From the human T2T-CHM13v2.0 reference genome, Homo sapiens: a stretch of DNA of 64,000 nucleotides. Where the stretch lies: the NCBI RefSeq assembly GCF_009914755.1, contig NC_060932.1; one strand, given 5' to 3'. The translations under genes were made by a program, and so were the position numbers. Numbering within the stretch: position 1 is the stretch's first letter; every line of letters starts with the position of its first letter. Below the pieces are notes generated by a model. The model saw only the letters and a list, made by a program, of their open reading frames with translations, was not told the origin of the DNA and ran no database searches. Positions 45,791 to 64,000 of this stretch are shown here, piece by piece.

Positions 45791-46387
45791 TAAGAACTTT
45801 AGCAAATATTGGTCAAGTGTTAAGAGTCCTCTCCTGGGATTGATCATTGGTGCTTGGTGTTCTTCTCCCAGGGATTGATACTGATGCTTAACTGCATGGC
45901 TAACTCCACCTAGATATAAAAGGACAGTGCCTCCTAACTAAGCTCTGGGCTCAGGAACTCCTGCCCTGGATAGCCTCTGGAGCTAGGCACAGAGCTACTG
46001 CAGGGGCAAAGCTCCAGGTAAAGAGCTGCTACAGGGTCATCTGCCCAAGCTGTGGGGAGTGGGCTGGACAAAGCCATGGGGACAGGGTTGCCAGACCCTT
46101 GAGGGCCTAACTCCTATCTGGAAAAGCTGTGGGGGCAGGATCACCATCTCAGTGTGTCTATAAAGAGGGACTTCTGGCACAGTAGGATTGGAGGGCCGAG
46201 CATTGAGTCAAAAAAGATTATTCTCAATTTTTAATGTTGTTTAAGGTTTAATGTTGTTGCCCTGTTAGATTTTGGACTTACTTGGGATGAGTCACTCCGT
46301 CCTTTCTTTCCTCCTTTCTGTTAGAATGAGAATGTCTGTCCTGTGACTGTCCCATCATTGTATTTTGGAGGCACATAACTTGTTTGG

Positions 46388-46932
46388 GATAGCAATCCCA
46401 TTATTGAGTATATACCCAAAGGAATATAAATCATTCTATTAATATTATAAAGACACATGTACATGTATGTTCATTGCAGCACTATTCACAATAGTAAAGA
46501 CATGGAACCAACCTGAAACCCCATCAATGGTAGACTGGATAAAGAAAATGTGGTACAAATACATCATGGAGTACTATGCATCCATAAAAAAGAATGAGAC
46601 AATGTCCTTTGGAGGGACATGGATGGAACTGGAGGCCGTTATCAGTACCAAACTAACACGGGAACAGAAAACCAAATACTGCATGTTCTCACTTATAAGT
46701 GGGAGCTAAATGATGAGAACACATGGACACATAACGGGGGACAACACACACTGGGGCACATCAGAGGGTGGAGGGTGGGAGGAGGGAGAGGATCAGGAAG
46801 AATAACTAATGGGTACTGGGCTTAATACCTGGGCGATGAAATAATCTGTACAACAAACCCCCATGACACAAGTTTACCTATATGACAAACCTGCACTTAT
46901 ACCATTGAGCTTAAAATAAAAGTTAAAAAAAA
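46388..46932 (+). mobile_element. L1PA (about PA10-13) 3' end
   Basis: ORF2 tail [16 protein letters not shown]; 3'UTR aataactaatgggtactgggcttaatacctgggcgatgaaataatctgtacaacaaacccccatgacac. Confidence 0.88.
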
Positions 46933-48806
46933 TTGCCTCAAAATGAATCATACCTAGAGACTCACACACATCTAATCTAGGTGATATTCACATGAGACTT
47001 TGGATTTGGATTTTTGAGTTGATGTCATGTGACAACGACATAAATTTGGTGGGGGTTGGGGGGAAAGGGAAATAATGCCATACACTGAAGATGTCCTCCC
47101 AAAATTCAAGTGTTGAAAACTAAATCTCAATTTGATGGTATTTGGAGGTGGAACCTCTGGGAAATAATTAGGTCTTGAGGGTGAAACCCTCATGAATGGG
47201 GTTAGTGCCCTTATAAAAAAGGTGCCAAAGAGATCCTTTACCCCTTCTTCTATGTGAGGTCATAGCAAGAAGACAACTGGCTATAAATCAGGAAGTGAGT
47301 CCTCACCAGACACCAGATTTGCTGGCACCTTGATCTTGGACTTCATAATCTCCAGAACTTTGAAATCTGAATGTTTGTTGTTTATAAGCCACCTAGTCTA
47401 TGGTAGTTTGTTATATCAGCCTGGATGAACTAAGACAGATGTTAAATGTCTATCGCAGGCAGAAGAAGGCTTCAAAGGTGGAAGAAGATGTGAGCCTGGG
47501 TGATTGAAAAATAGATGTGCCATTACCCTGAAATAGGACTTCTTCAAGGCAAAGGCTGATACAGTGGTGGCTACAGTCTATGTTGTGATTTGATGGAACT
47601 TTTCACTTTTCACCATTCAAACCAGTATCCAGAGGTACAGTTGCTGCATAACTTCCTCATTATCCATAGGACCAAACTAAATGTCTCTGGTTTGAAATTT
47701 TGACTAGAAATTATATACATCTGCCAGCAATTATTGTGGGTGTAACTGAAGTGCACACTGCTCACTGCCCCTCAATAACATCATTTTCAAATAATAACAT
47801 TGGAAAGAGGTACTTTCCTAAAACTTTCAAGTGATCTACAATCTCCCAGACTACTTTTACAATGGATTTTTTTTTTTTTTACTAGATGTGTTATTTCAAT
47901 TTTGGCCGCTAACCAAAAGGCAGGACATTGCTGGTGAATTTAAGCTGTTCAATTATACACAAAAAAGAATCTGAGCAATGATTTTGCTGTTTTTGTTTTG
48001 ATCTTTGACACAGAGCTGCAAAATGTCCTCTTTAGTTACCTAGCAAAGCAAGCATCCTGGAAAAAAAAAAAAAGTGTGGTTGTGCAATGTTTGAATGGCG
48101 TGATATCCTCTGCAGATGCATTAGGAGAGGCAAGAGCAGCCTCCCACATGACTAGGGCAGAAAACACTTCTCAGCATGAAGGCCATAACGTTCTTATTCA
48201 TAATCAAGCACACCGTTTTATTCAGAAAAATATTTGAAAATAGGAAAACCTAAAAATCAAAAATCAGTTGCCCCAAATAATGTCTCAGGTATGTATTTTC
48301 AAAGGATATCTGGAAACGCTATGTAAAGATTAGAAACAGTCTGTGTGTAGTCCATAGACTGGATATTATGTAACATTTATCTCAGCCAATGATGTTATCA
48401 GAGCTATGCTAGTTGGATGTCACAAGCAGATTCATAATTTAGTTGCTCTCACAAATTTCCTTCCCTTGGCTGACTGTGTTCCAGCTGGCAGGTCATAAAA
48501 TGTGTAACCCAAGCCAGCACAGCATCATCACTTGGCTGGCCTACTAAAAGCTTCATGGAGAAAGTAATACTATGCCAAATGGGAGATCCCCAAATTTCAG
48601 TCTAACAACAAAACTTGTGTCTTCTCCTTAGATGAGAGGAAACATTTTATTCTGGAAATAGCAAAGCTTTTGGAGTCAGACCACTGTAAATCACAATTTC
48701 CAGTGAAATGTATATAATGATACTTATAATATTGCTTTAATAATCAGACAAAATGAAATGGAAAGCCTTGCTTATACTAGAATTTCAATAAAGTTTGTAA
48801 GCCCTG

Positions 48807-49234
48807 TGTCTTAGTCCATTTTTGCATTGCTATAAAGAAATACCTGAAACTGGGTAATTTATAAAGAAAAGAGGTTTAATTGGCTCATGGCTCTGCAGGC
48901 TATACAGGAAGCATGATGCTGGCATCTGCATGGCTTCTGGGGTGGCTTCAGGAAGCTTACAATCATGGTGGAAGGCAAAGGGGGAGCAGACACATCACAC
49001 AGCAAAAGCAGGAGCAAGAGAAAGTGAATGGGGGAGGTGTTACACACTTTTAAATGACCATGTCTCATGAGAACTCACTCATTATCAGGAGGACAGTACC
49101 AAGCAGATGATGCTAAACCATTCATGAGAAATCCACCCTCATGATCCAGTCATCTCCTACTAGGCCCGCCTCCAACACTGGGGATTACATTTCAATATGA
49201 GATTTGGGTGGGGACACACATTCATAGTATATCA
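48807..49234 (-). mobile_element. MSTA solo LTR, followed directly by MIR sequence (to ~49410)
   Basis: tgtcttagtccatttttgcattgctataaagaaatacctgaaactggg...ggggacacacattcatagtatatca; perfect 5-bp TSD ccctg at 48802-48806 and 49235-49239. Confidence 0.92.
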
Positions 49235-49971
49235 CCCTGTGACTTTGGGTGAGTTGCTTTTAACTACTCTGTGCCTCAGTTTTTTCATCTATAAAATGGA
49301 TATCATACTACTTAGAGAGTACAGTGAAGATTGAATGATGTAATAAATGACAAGCTCTTAGAATAGCTGAATAGTAATTGCTCAACAAATGTAGCCATTG
49401 CTGTCATTATTATTCATTCTCTGTGTGCTAATAAGATATTCCACATGAAGATAATAACATGAGCTCGGAGGATGTAAGGTATTATGCATCTTTTTTGTTC
49501 AGGGGATGGTGGATAAGTAGGAGAATAAAGCTGAGGTGGGAGGTGCACAATACTCCAATAGTAATAAGGAGAACAAATAAAAGGACTGATGAGAATACTA
49601 ATAAAGCAGTTTAGATTTCAACTGTGATGGATCTTGAAGATTATGTCAACTAAATTAGGCTTTTTTATTAGAAAAGATGGAAAACCAGTAAGGTCTTAAC
49701 TTAGCAAGTCATACTGACCGTAACTGTATTTTGAAAGATGACTAGAGGGGATGTGGATAATTACTAAAGGAAGGCGGTGAGAAGCAGAGAGGTATTTAGG
49801 AAGTTATTGCAGAAGGTAAGTTACAACAAAGGAAAGACAGCAGGATGGAAAAATAAAAACAGCTACAGGAAATGATGCAGGGATGAGATCAATCGGTTGG
49901 TTAACTGGATGTAGGGGCTAAAGGAAATACCTAAAGCTGTTTGGAGGTTTCTAATTTGTGAAAATGGCTAA

Positions 49972-54234
<4,263 letters not shown>

Positions 54235-55888
54235 TAGTAGAGACGGGGTTTCACTGTGTTAGCCAGGATGGTCTTGATCTCCTGACCTGGTGATCCACCC
54301 GCCTCTGCCTCCCAAAGTGCTGGGATTACAGGCATGAGCCACCACACCTGGCCCTGGATATGAGATCTTTATGGATCATACAATGGTCAAAATCATTGGT
54401 GTGAGACATTGACTAGAACTATTGCTTAGGAAGGAAGAGGAAAAAACAGAGCACAGAACTTTGAGGACTTTTTACATTTAACAGGAGGTCAGAAAATAAA
54501 AGGGGTCATGGAACAGCACTGAGAATACAGTCAGAGAGGCGGAAGAGACAAGCAGACTGGAAATCCAGTAGCAGAGTGGAAATTCAAAAGAAACAGCAGG
54601 CCAATGTTATAGTTTTAGGAATATTTAATAGTCATTAATAGACAGGTATTCTATTCAAAATGTGTATTTAGTACTGAAAATAATCTGATCTTTCCATTTT
54701 CTTTTCCTGTGTTCTTTCTCCTTATTCTTCAGAACACCTCATAGACTTTATAAACTCACTTTTCTTCCTCAGTTCTCTACCAAGCCGTTCAGTTTCTAGA
54801 CGATGCAATTATCAAAGGGAAGGCTCTAAAACAATATGTGGGTGACGTAGGTGTATCTGAGTCTCATGACTCCTGCCCACGATAATTCAGAACAGATCTC
54901 TGCTGTGTAGTGCTGCATATCTGGGCACAAACTGAAAATTCAGTCCAGTGACTAGAGATTTGTGTGTGCGTGTTATAAGTGATTCTTATTTTTTAAATAC
55001 TTGAATCACTCAGTGAATTGTTTCTCTGTTTCAAAGTTGCGGGTCCTATGAACATAATCCTCAGGAAGAACTGCTGAATGCACAAAAGTAAAAGTCTTGC
55101 ATGGTTAATTCAGTGTATTAAATGTGTGGTACAATCTTATGCCTAAGTGTGATTGCTTCTTAATTTGTCTTTCATCCAACTTGCTTAACAATCTGCCTAT
55201 TCTTTAGTTACTTGAAATAATGTGATAAGCTTTTGTAAACTGTAAAATCCTACGTATCTAAAATGTCCCTACTCTTTCTTGTTTTGTGTTACAAATAAAG
55301 TCATGTTCACATCAATAATCCAAAGTATTTTAACTTAGTCTATACCACTAAGCTTCCTACCTTAGCATGTAGAATCTATTCCTTGGCATGTATTCAGCAT
55401 ACAGGATCTACTAAATCCTCTTTTTTTCAGATTTATTGTGGGCTGCTTATCTCATTGCCACTGCTTTTGTGCCCATGTGAGAATAACAGTGACCATGCTT
55501 GGAGTGCTATCTCCCAATTACAGAGTGACTAGACCATCAAATGCCAAAGTGGTGGTAGATTCAAAGTAGAGGTGACAAAGATGACTTTTTTTCCACTCTG
55601 TGCCAAGATTTGTCAACTTGGCTCTAGATGAACATTGTTTTTGACGAGAGTCTCCAAAAAATGTGTCTCAGCATAATATCTTCTCTGCCCACACCCTTCT
55701 AAATACTAGGGAGGCAGGATAGTAGTACAGGGGCTGGAAAGGGGACAGAAACCATTTCATACTTTTGCTTTTTAGTATCTTTCTCTCTCACTTCCCCTCT
55801 TCTCCTGGCCCTGTACCAAAATCTTCCTCTTTCTCTGGTTATAAACAAAAGATTTATGTAACCCACTGGTCTCAAAAAATATTCTTGG

Positions 55889-56060
55889 GACCAGGCTTGG
55901 TGGTACACACCTGTAGCTACTTGGAAGGCTAAGGTGGGAGAGTTACTTGAGCCCAGGAGTTTGAGGCTGCAGTGCATTATGATCATGCTTGTGAATAGCC
56001 ACTGTGCTCTAGCCTGGGCAACATAGGAAGACCCCATCTCTAATGATAATTAATAATAAT
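55889..56060 (+). mobile_element. FAM (fossil Alu monomer)
   Basis: tgcagtgcattatgatcatgcttgtgaatagccactgtgctctagcctgggcaacatag; TSD aatattcttgg at 55878-55888 and 56061-56071. Confidence 0.85.
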
Positions 56061-57227
56061 AATATTCTTGGGGTGAGGCTCTCTACACTAGCAATGCCAA
56101 TGTCCTAACAATTTGTTTAATATGCCCTGTTATACTTACATAAATATAATTTTGCTATAAAATATAGATAGATAATGATGATACAGATATAGATGTTTAT
56201 CTCTTTCCACTGAGGCACCAAAGCCCAATTCAATGGGTGCCAGGAACAATCCCATAAGTTGGGTGCATATGCTCAACTTCTTGTTCATGGCATGCTAAAA
56301 GAATTGCAAAACATTCTGCCCACCCTTATCCCACTCATTCTTGGCTGCATGTTAAGAAACTGATAGAAGTAAGCAAAAGGGACAATTCTGAAAAGCATTG
56401 CATCTGTTTTATTTCTTTTTGTTCCATGTTCATCAAGGAGGGAAGTGTTCTTTTATCTTACCTTAAGCCAATGAAAAGAATTTCAAGGGGACCACTTAGA
56501 GTGGTTCACAAAAGCCTCTTGGAGTTTGGTAAACTTCTGCATTATGTATCAAGTCTAAATGTCATAAGATATGACTGGATTTTCTTAAGAGCAGCATTGG
56601 GACCAACCTGTATTTCTACAATGAAAGGGAGCTGGCCTAGGTCAACTGTCCAATTTGACTGTCTGGAGGTTCCATATGACCCCAACAGGAGGGGAAGAAT
56701 TCTAGAACCCCAGTTTTGTAAAAGGAGTTATAAAAAGCTTCCTAAGGGGGCACATTGACCATATCATGGGAACTGCAGGAAGAGGTTCCCAGTAGAGGAT
56801 CTTCAAGGAGCCTGCACAAGCAACCAATGAAACAAAGAGCTAGTAATTGTGCATCTGACATTAATGGGCATCAATGCCTGAAGACAACTCTGCAAGTCTG
56901 TAATACAGTGCTTTTCCTCCATGAGCCTGGCTAGGTAGAAAGCAGCAGCTGTAGATATGGGGAGAAGGTAATAAAGAAGCAAATTGAAGTCAGTCATATA
57001 CCCATCTCCCTTCCCACTCCAAGTTTCTAGGCCTGTGGCGGGCATAATTAGGGAGATAGGAAAGGTTAAAATTGAATATCAGTTAGGAATGTTGAGAATA
57101 AACTCATAGGGCATATACTTTAAAATTACTTAAATTATTAAGAAACTGGAAAACCCTATGTGGCCTGACTAAGATTTCAACCAGGGAAGAGAAGAACAAA
57201 TTGTACAACATCATTTGACAAGAAGAA

Positions 57228-57728
57228 TGTGGTAGACAGAATAATGGCCTCCCAAAGATATTCATGACCTAATCCCTGGAATTCATAAATATGGTGTATT
57301 ACATGGAAAAGAGGGATTAAGGTTGCAGATGGAATTAAGGTTACTAATCAAACGACCTTAAAATAGGGAGACCATCCTGGATCATCTAGGTGGGCCCAGT
57401 GTATTCACAAACATCCTTAAATATTTGTGAGAGAGGCAGAAGAGTCAGTGTCAGGGTGATTTGGTTTAAGACTCAACTGACCAATTCTGGCTTTGAAGAT
57501 GGAAGGAAGACGTGGGCCAAGGAATGTAAGCACCTTCTAAAAGTTGTAAAGAGCAAGAAAATGGATTTTTCTATAGTTCCTCCAGAAAAAAAGAGAATAT
57601 GCAGCCCTGCTTGTACAGAAAGGCCTATTTAGAACTCCTGAGTTTCAGAATTTAAGATAATAAATGTGTGTGTTTTGACCCATTAAATTTGTACCAGTAT
57701 GCTAAAATAGCCTTAGGAAACTAATTCA
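57228..57728 (+). mobile_element. MLT1D solo LTR
   Basis: tgtggtagacagaataatggcctcccaaagatattcatgacctaatccctgga...gattaaggttgcagatggaattaaggttactaatca...ggaaactaattca. Confidence 0.85.
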
Positions 57729-59439
57729 GGAAATGAAGAAAAATAACAAAATTGGTTACTGCCACTTCTTACTATATCTAAGCTACATATGTGTTAAAGG
57801 ACCATATGGCCTGTGCCAGTTGGGTGAGAGAAAAAATTCTGGCAAGGGATATCATCTATTATACTTTACCATTTGGCGAACTTGATTTATCTTCTAAGCA
57901 AGCTTCTCCGTAATTCTTACAAAATGGATTGGTCTGTTTGCTTTAAAATTCGAACTGCTACTAAGGAAGGAATCCTCCCCTGACATGGTCGACCTCATTT
58001 TGTTGAAGTTTCAAAACAATTCTCCAAGCCAAAGGCATGACAGAGGAGAAATGAGAATGCCCACTATTAAATTGTTTTTGGAATGGCGTCATCCCTCTTT
58101 ATGAGGCTGGCTGATTTCTGCCTATTTGTAAAGGAGAATGCTGAAAGGATCTGAGTCCTGGGAACTAAAGACAACCAAACCTCTGGGTCCAGGTTTCAGA
58201 GAGGAACAGTCCGTTAATTTACAAATTTCCTGTGGTTTTCTTCTGGAGAGAATGAGCATAACGGCAATTGTTAACACTAGAATGCCAGAAATAGCTGGTG
58301 ATTTGGTTAAAAATAGTGAATTATCCTTAGCCCTCCCTCTGACAGTCTCAGTTTAGAATTGCCACCAACAGAATAAATGAGGAATTTCTCTTACATTGTT
58401 TTCTTGGGAAAATATTTATACAAGATCCTCCTTGGTCCTCCTGTGTGTCCACTTCTTATACAGTACACATATCTTTCCTATATTTCTAAGTTCCATTCTC
58501 TTGACTCAGTGCTTTGCCTTTTGATTGCAAGTGTCTGTTTTGGCTAGTAAAAATAAAAGGCTACTTTTTCCTTTTTGCATTCCTATAGAAATGCTAATTC
58601 TTGAAGTTGACTTGCAGACACGTCCAGAAATGTGAGAAATAAAGAAAAGCACAAAAATAATACTTCCAAGATTTTTTTCTTTCTATACAGAAAGTTTTAG
58701 CAGTTTCTAGCATCTCTGGCAATTAACACCACCACCACCATCACCACCACTAACAGAAACTTAATTCTCTCATGCTTTCTAGAAAATATGGGCTCCAGTC
58801 CTCACGTTTTCCTCAACAACCATATAATCTACAACCTTCTATCCATAATATGGTCAACTCTGCCCATTGGGGTGGTCTAGGGTTCAGGTACCATGAGTAA
58901 GAGTGGGTTCCCTAAGATAGTTTCTTAAGATTCCAGTAGCCCAATCCTAATAATTACTGAACATTTATATGTTTACACTTGCACTCTCCTAGGAGCACCA
59001 GACACCTCCTTTGTTTAAGTTTATTTACAGATCCTATTGTAAAGTGTCCTGAATTTGCTGTTTCTGACTTATTTCACATGGTTCTACAGTCTCCATGGAT
59101 ATCTCACCATATCAAAATAAAGAGTTTTTACTATTTTTTATTCATCCACTATTTGCACAGTTCAACGTAGCAGATGTTGGAGCAATCAGCTTCTTTCTAC
59201 TCTATCGCTATACCCCGTTAAACCATATCACAGGTCTGAAACATTTAACTGTGTGATATATTTAGTTAAAAGCCTTGCACGTGATAAATATGCAGTAAGT
59301 GTTCTCTTTGATTATTTTATCTTCTTTATAAATTCTTGACAGTGGGAAGAGGAGCTTCAGCCTCTTCTCCATATAACTTGTAAGTTGCTGTAAGGAATTC
59401 TTACCCCAGTTGAATGGCATAAAATAAACACAGTGGAGG

Positions 59440-59999
59440 TGTTGCTGAGCACAGGCTCAGCTGCTCGATGTTTGTAAAGCTGAATGACAAGGATGAGAAG
59501 TGGTAAGAACAAAGCAACTTTATTCCAGAGCTTAGCATTGGGGAAGTGGCCAGTTTTGCATCCAAAGGAACCACTTCAGATTTCTGGGCAGAAAGCAGGG
59601 GCTTAAGAAGAGAAATTTTGGTACACAGGGCATGCAGGAGGGGTGAGGAGGTGTGGGGTCTACGTGACTGGCTCTAATGGCTTATCTTAGTAATGGGCCA
59701 TCTGATGGTCTGGCCAGCACCACTGCTGGCAGAATTGGGTTGTAAAATTATTATTGTAGTGAGGCAATCTCTTGGTGGGGGAGAATTCTGGAGGGTGACT
59801 GGTTTGTTTTAAGATTTGGTCCCTGGAACTTCTAAGCAAACAGATAATTAGTTGATCTCGCAGTGCAGGGAGTGCCTGGTGGAGAGGAGGTAAAGGTTAC
59901 AATTGCATTTCTAAGGTGCTAAGTAAGAGGTAGGTGAGTGCACAGGGGAAAAGAGAAGGGGTAAAAATAATTTTTAGGAAAATGGTGTATTTGGTTACA
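59440..59999 (-). mobile_element. ERV1 solo LTR (LTR48/LTR29/MER39 group) nested in an old MLT1 (~59370-60345)
   Basis: tgttgctgagcacaggctcagctgctcg...ctttattccagagc...aggaaaatggtgtatttggttaca; near TSD gagg/aagg. Confidence 0.6.
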
Positions 60000-60565
60000 A
60001 AGGCTCATTCCTTATTCATGTAACAGAGTTTCTGGTGGGCTTCCACAAGATTGAGAGACCTACACTTGTTCCATCTTGTGACTAAGTTGTCAGATTGGGT
60101 CTTCTGCATTTACTTGGCAAATGGGGAAGAAGAGGTAGAGAAATGATATCTACTTCTCACCTACGCTGACCTGAGCTACCATGTCTTCTATTTCTATTCC
60201 ATTGACAGAAGCTAGTCACGTGACACCACCTAGATGCAAGGAGGACTGGAAATTTAGTTCCTGGATATGGAGCCACTTCCTAGTAACAACTCTATATATT
60301 AAAGGGGAAGCGTGGATCTTTGGTGATCCTTTATAGCCTCAGCCATAGAATTCAACTTACATTTGTTCTAAGTATGTATGTGTATATAAACATAAATACA
60401 CATCACACATCAGATCTTTTATACTTTTTTAAACCTCATATCAATATAGCAAAAAGCAATGTGTTTTATTTTACAAGCATTGTATAAAACCTTGAAGCTC
60501 ATCCAAATCTGTAATTATCTGTTAAGCCATTTTCCTCAATTCAGGATATAAAATATGCTCACATC

Positions 60566-61013
60566 TGTTGTAGATTCAGTTATTGGCTTTGAGTTTTTAT
60601 GCTTTTGCCATGCAAGTTTTTCTGTTCCTCTATGGAAGGAATACACTTTTCTGCCCCATCCCTTTGAGCTCAGCCACAGGGCTTCACGGCTAATAGGAGG
60701 TTAGAAAACATAACACAAGTAGGGTCTTAAAATATACTTGTGCATTTGAATCTCCCCTCTGGCGCCTCTACCACTACTATTTGAGGAACATGCCATGGCT
60801 AGCCTGATAGTCCAAGAAGGACGTGAGGCATGTAGAATAAAGCGGTTTCAGCTCACCTGCAGATCTGCAATGAGAAGCAAAGTGGCCTAGCTGTGCTCAG
60901 CTTAGATCAGCTGAACTCCAGTGAGCACATTAACCTGTAAGAATGCTTATTGCTGAATGCTATTGAAATGCCATGCACTGCACAGCCTTATTGTAATAAT
61001 AACTAACTGATCC
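60566..61013 (+). mobile_element. MLT1H-like LTR
   Basis: tgttgtagatt...ttgagctcagccacagggcttcacggctaatagg...taataataactaactgatcca. Confidence 0.55.
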
Positions 61014-63499
61014 AACCTATTTCAGTTTTAAAATTTTTGCTCAAGAGCCAACATTCCCACATTATCACAAGAATCATCTTTTCCTCTTCTAGAGGCATTC
61101 TCCACTTTCAATTTCCCGAGAACACCTGGACTTATATAGTTTAAATGGTATTTGATTAGTTGTCCTTCAAATGCAAAGTAATGAGAGATTGGAGAGTGAG
61201 ATCAGTCTACTACTGCTGTAGTTGCCACTAGGTGTTGCTGCTGAAGACTGTCTAGCACAGTTCTAAAAGTATCTATGATAGCACTGTTGATGTAGATTCC
61301 TGCACTGACCATAGGGTTCTTGAGATTTAGGTTTTAACAGTATAGATTATTCTATAATTATTCATACTTACCTCCTTAGCCGCTGTCTCTCAAGCATACC
61401 ACCATGTCAATGTGGCTACAACCTCAACACACTGTGTTGTAATTGGCCTGCTCTCAAAACCCTTGGTCCCATGTTTGAGAGCAGGCCAACAGCTAAGACT
61501 CCTTATGCTCCTTTTGGCCTTTCCTGCCAGCCAAGTCCATCTCAAACCATCAGACATAATCTAATAATGGTGAAGGTCAAGGAAAAGACATGCTGATAGT
61601 CATCTTCCTTGAAGTGATTGTCATCTCTGCATGTTTCTCCAGCTTTCTCTGAATTCCAGCACTATAAAAGCAAACAGTATTTTAAGAATTTGTATTTATT
61701 CAGGCCACAAAAGTTTTGTTACAACCTTCCTGCAATGCATTCATATATTTACTACTACTCAAGTAAATGCCCCATACTAATAAGTCAGCTCTTTGCTAAT
61801 GTGATATCTCCATCTGTGAGCAAAAGGCTGACTAGTGTGATTTATAAAGTTATATCTCACCTTTCATCATATTATATGGAATATTCTATTCTAAATATTG
61901 ATCAGTTAAGGGGAAATTTTTCAGGGGATAAAACTGTAGCTGGGGGAAACTAAGGTTTTTAGAATGGCAGGGCTTAAGTTATCGCTCAGCTTACAAACTG
62001 TCAGCTAAAGCCAGTCTTCGGATAAGGAGCTTGCAGATAGATTTTGCTGAGCTAATAAATGACTTTGAGTAGGACATGCCTTCTCAGTTTTAAATCCCTG
62101 TCATATCCAGTTGTCTTGTATCAGACAGTGCCTCTAGTAGTTTCTCCTTTCCTTTATCTATGGGTATCAAACGACATTTGAATTTAGGATCTCTATTATA
62201 GATCAGCACTCTCATTTCACAGAGGAAGAAAGTGAAGTATATCTTGATGATGTAGTTTGATGACTGGTGGAGTCCACCTCTGAACTCTGAGCCTTGGATG
62301 ATATAATGGAATTCAGAACTCATACACATTGAAAAATGAGTTGACAAGAATTGAACTCAGAAGCTATTATTTTCATTCCAAAGCAAAAATCAGTGCATCC
62401 AGGTGTCAGGCAGATTGGAGTGCAAGGATGATGGAAAAGTTATGGCCAGAAAAAGGAAGAACAAGCCAATGGGAAAGAAGAGCAAGACTTCATTTTTTTC
62501 CTCTAGGACTAAACAGCTGCTGAGACATGGTAAATGTTTCCTTTCTGGAGCTAACTCTGAATTAACTAAAGGTGCCAAAAATATACATAAAAGGAAAAAC
62601 ATGTAGACATTAAAACTGACTCTCTTTGCCCAAGTAAAACAGATGGCTGGAAAGAAGTCAAATAAGCTGTGTTGAAGACTGAATGGGTGGTCCCAGGAGA
62701 GATGGAGACATTGTCTTATTGACTAGTGCAAGCTTTGGAAAATAATCAGCTATTAAAAAAAATTGATTCAGTTTGCTCTTCCCAGGAGGCTGTTATCAGA
62801 CTGGCTGAATAAGGACCTAGGGAAAGAGATTGTCAGTGGAGCTAGTTACCAGAAAGAAAGCAAGGAGAATAAATAACAGGGCAATGAAAATGGAAAGAAG
62901 AAACATATAATACCTTACATCAGGTATTATAGGTATATCAGGTATTCCTATTTGATAAGAGAAAGAGGAGAAAAATTTGTATTAATGGCCACACACCAAG
63001 TGTGAAAGAGAGAAAAGAAGAAATTGAATTTGCTCAGATCTTATAGTGTGCACATGAATACCATGCATTTTAAAGGTCTCAGTGGAAGGTAGGCTGGGAG
63101 AGAGAAATAATCTGTGAATGGAGAGGAATATTGATATTAAATAATTTGCAGCTGGGAGGAGAAGGAGGGTGAAGAGAATGAGAGCTAGCCTCTAGGACAA
63201 GGTGCTGAACAGGGATGGTTGGATAGTTAAGATATCAGGAATCCATATTAGTCAACTCAGGTAAAGAGATACAACTTGTACTTATCAATTAAAAAACTAA
63301 AATTAAAAAAGCGGGGTTCCAACTTCAAATGAGAACTGGATTTATCAGAAAGGACTGGGACAGCAACCTAGATACTGACACTTGCCCTAAACTACAGGGT
63401 TTAGAGCATAATTGCAAACTGGTGACCTCTGGTGAAAATTGGCTTACAGATATATTTCATTTGGAACCTAGGATTTTAAAAATATATGAATTATGGATT

Positions 63500-63670
63500 C
63501 TGAGTGGATTTTGACTGTTCTCACACAAAATTATAAGTGTGTGAGGTGATGCATATGTTAATTAGCTCGATTTGATCATTCCACAGTGTATCCAGATTTC
63601 AAAACAACATGTTGTACCCAATTAATATATACAATTTTTGCTTGTCAATTAAAATAAATAAATTTAAAAT
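63500..63670 (+). mobile_element. L1MA-type 3' end
   Basis: gtggattttgactgttctcacacaaaa...tgtgaggtgatgcatatgttaattagctcgattt...atatatacaatttttgcttgtcaattaaaa. Confidence 0.8.
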
Positions 63671-64000
63671 GTTTAGAAAAAGTTCAGTTTATAGAAGGAA
63701 TGTTCCTAATTGTTCCCAAGCAATGTTCCGAAGCAAGTTCTTCATTAAATTTTTTAAAGAGAAAATAAATGCATGAGTTATTTTGCCAACATTTTGGAAT
63801 CGGAAGATTTTTAAATATAAAAATCTGAACTTTTATTTAGAAATTAGAAAATCAAGCAACACCAGTCACATGATTTGTGGGGCCCAATAAATAGCACCCC
63901 TGTTTTCCTCACTTGAGTTTACGAATAGACTAAAAAATTAGAGAAAAAAATGATTAAGGCCGGTGAAGATCAAAATATCTCATTTACTATGGACAAAGTC

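Larger units (their letters stand above)
43723..47437 (+). mobile_element. MaLR provirus (MLT1A/MSTD-like): 5' LTR 43723-44070, internal region, 3' LTR 47076-47437, with nested insertions
   Basis: Two same-orientation MaLR LTRs (ends gcagcctggataggctaaagca and cagcctggatgaactaagaca); internal starts attggtgctgaaaagtggagtgctgctataacaa; purine-rich tract before the 3' LTR. Confidence 0.75.

Noticed and set aside
47880-48560. Repeat-free stretch as a possible conserved enhancer
   Set aside because: Conservation or activity cannot be judged from one sequence, and there is no CpG island or decisive motif.
54700-58700. Isolated strong-looking splice acceptors at about 54732, 58588 and 58690
   Set aside because: No matching strong donors at exon-like distances; such sites are common in AT-rich DNA.

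Overview
Primate (human-like) non-coding nuclear DNA, AT-rich and dominated by interspersed repeats. I find no intact protein-coding gene, RNA gene or CRISPR array, and no new multi-gene system. The only cellular-gene-derived sequence is an inactivated processed pseudogene of GNPNAT1 on the minus strand (CDS remnant 41575-42142). The large elements are: a near full-length Tigger1 transposon split by a 5'-truncated L1PA3-like LINE; an AluY split by a twin-primed (5'-inverted) L1PA4-like LINE; and a MaLR provirus carrying nested Alu, LTR and L1 insertions. Solo LTRs, Alus, MER DNA elements, MIR and L2 fragments fill much of the rest. The most interesting signals are mutational scars: four shared non-consensus changes between two inverted L1 copies about 28 kb apart (possible ectopic gene conversion), a patchwork templated insertion inside an L1, a ~55-bp segment duplicated 1.1 kb away inside an LTR, a perfect 18-bp inverted repeat, and a possible extra 5'UTR segment recorded in the retrocopy. 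Repeat subfamily names come from my recollection of consensus sequences, not from a search.
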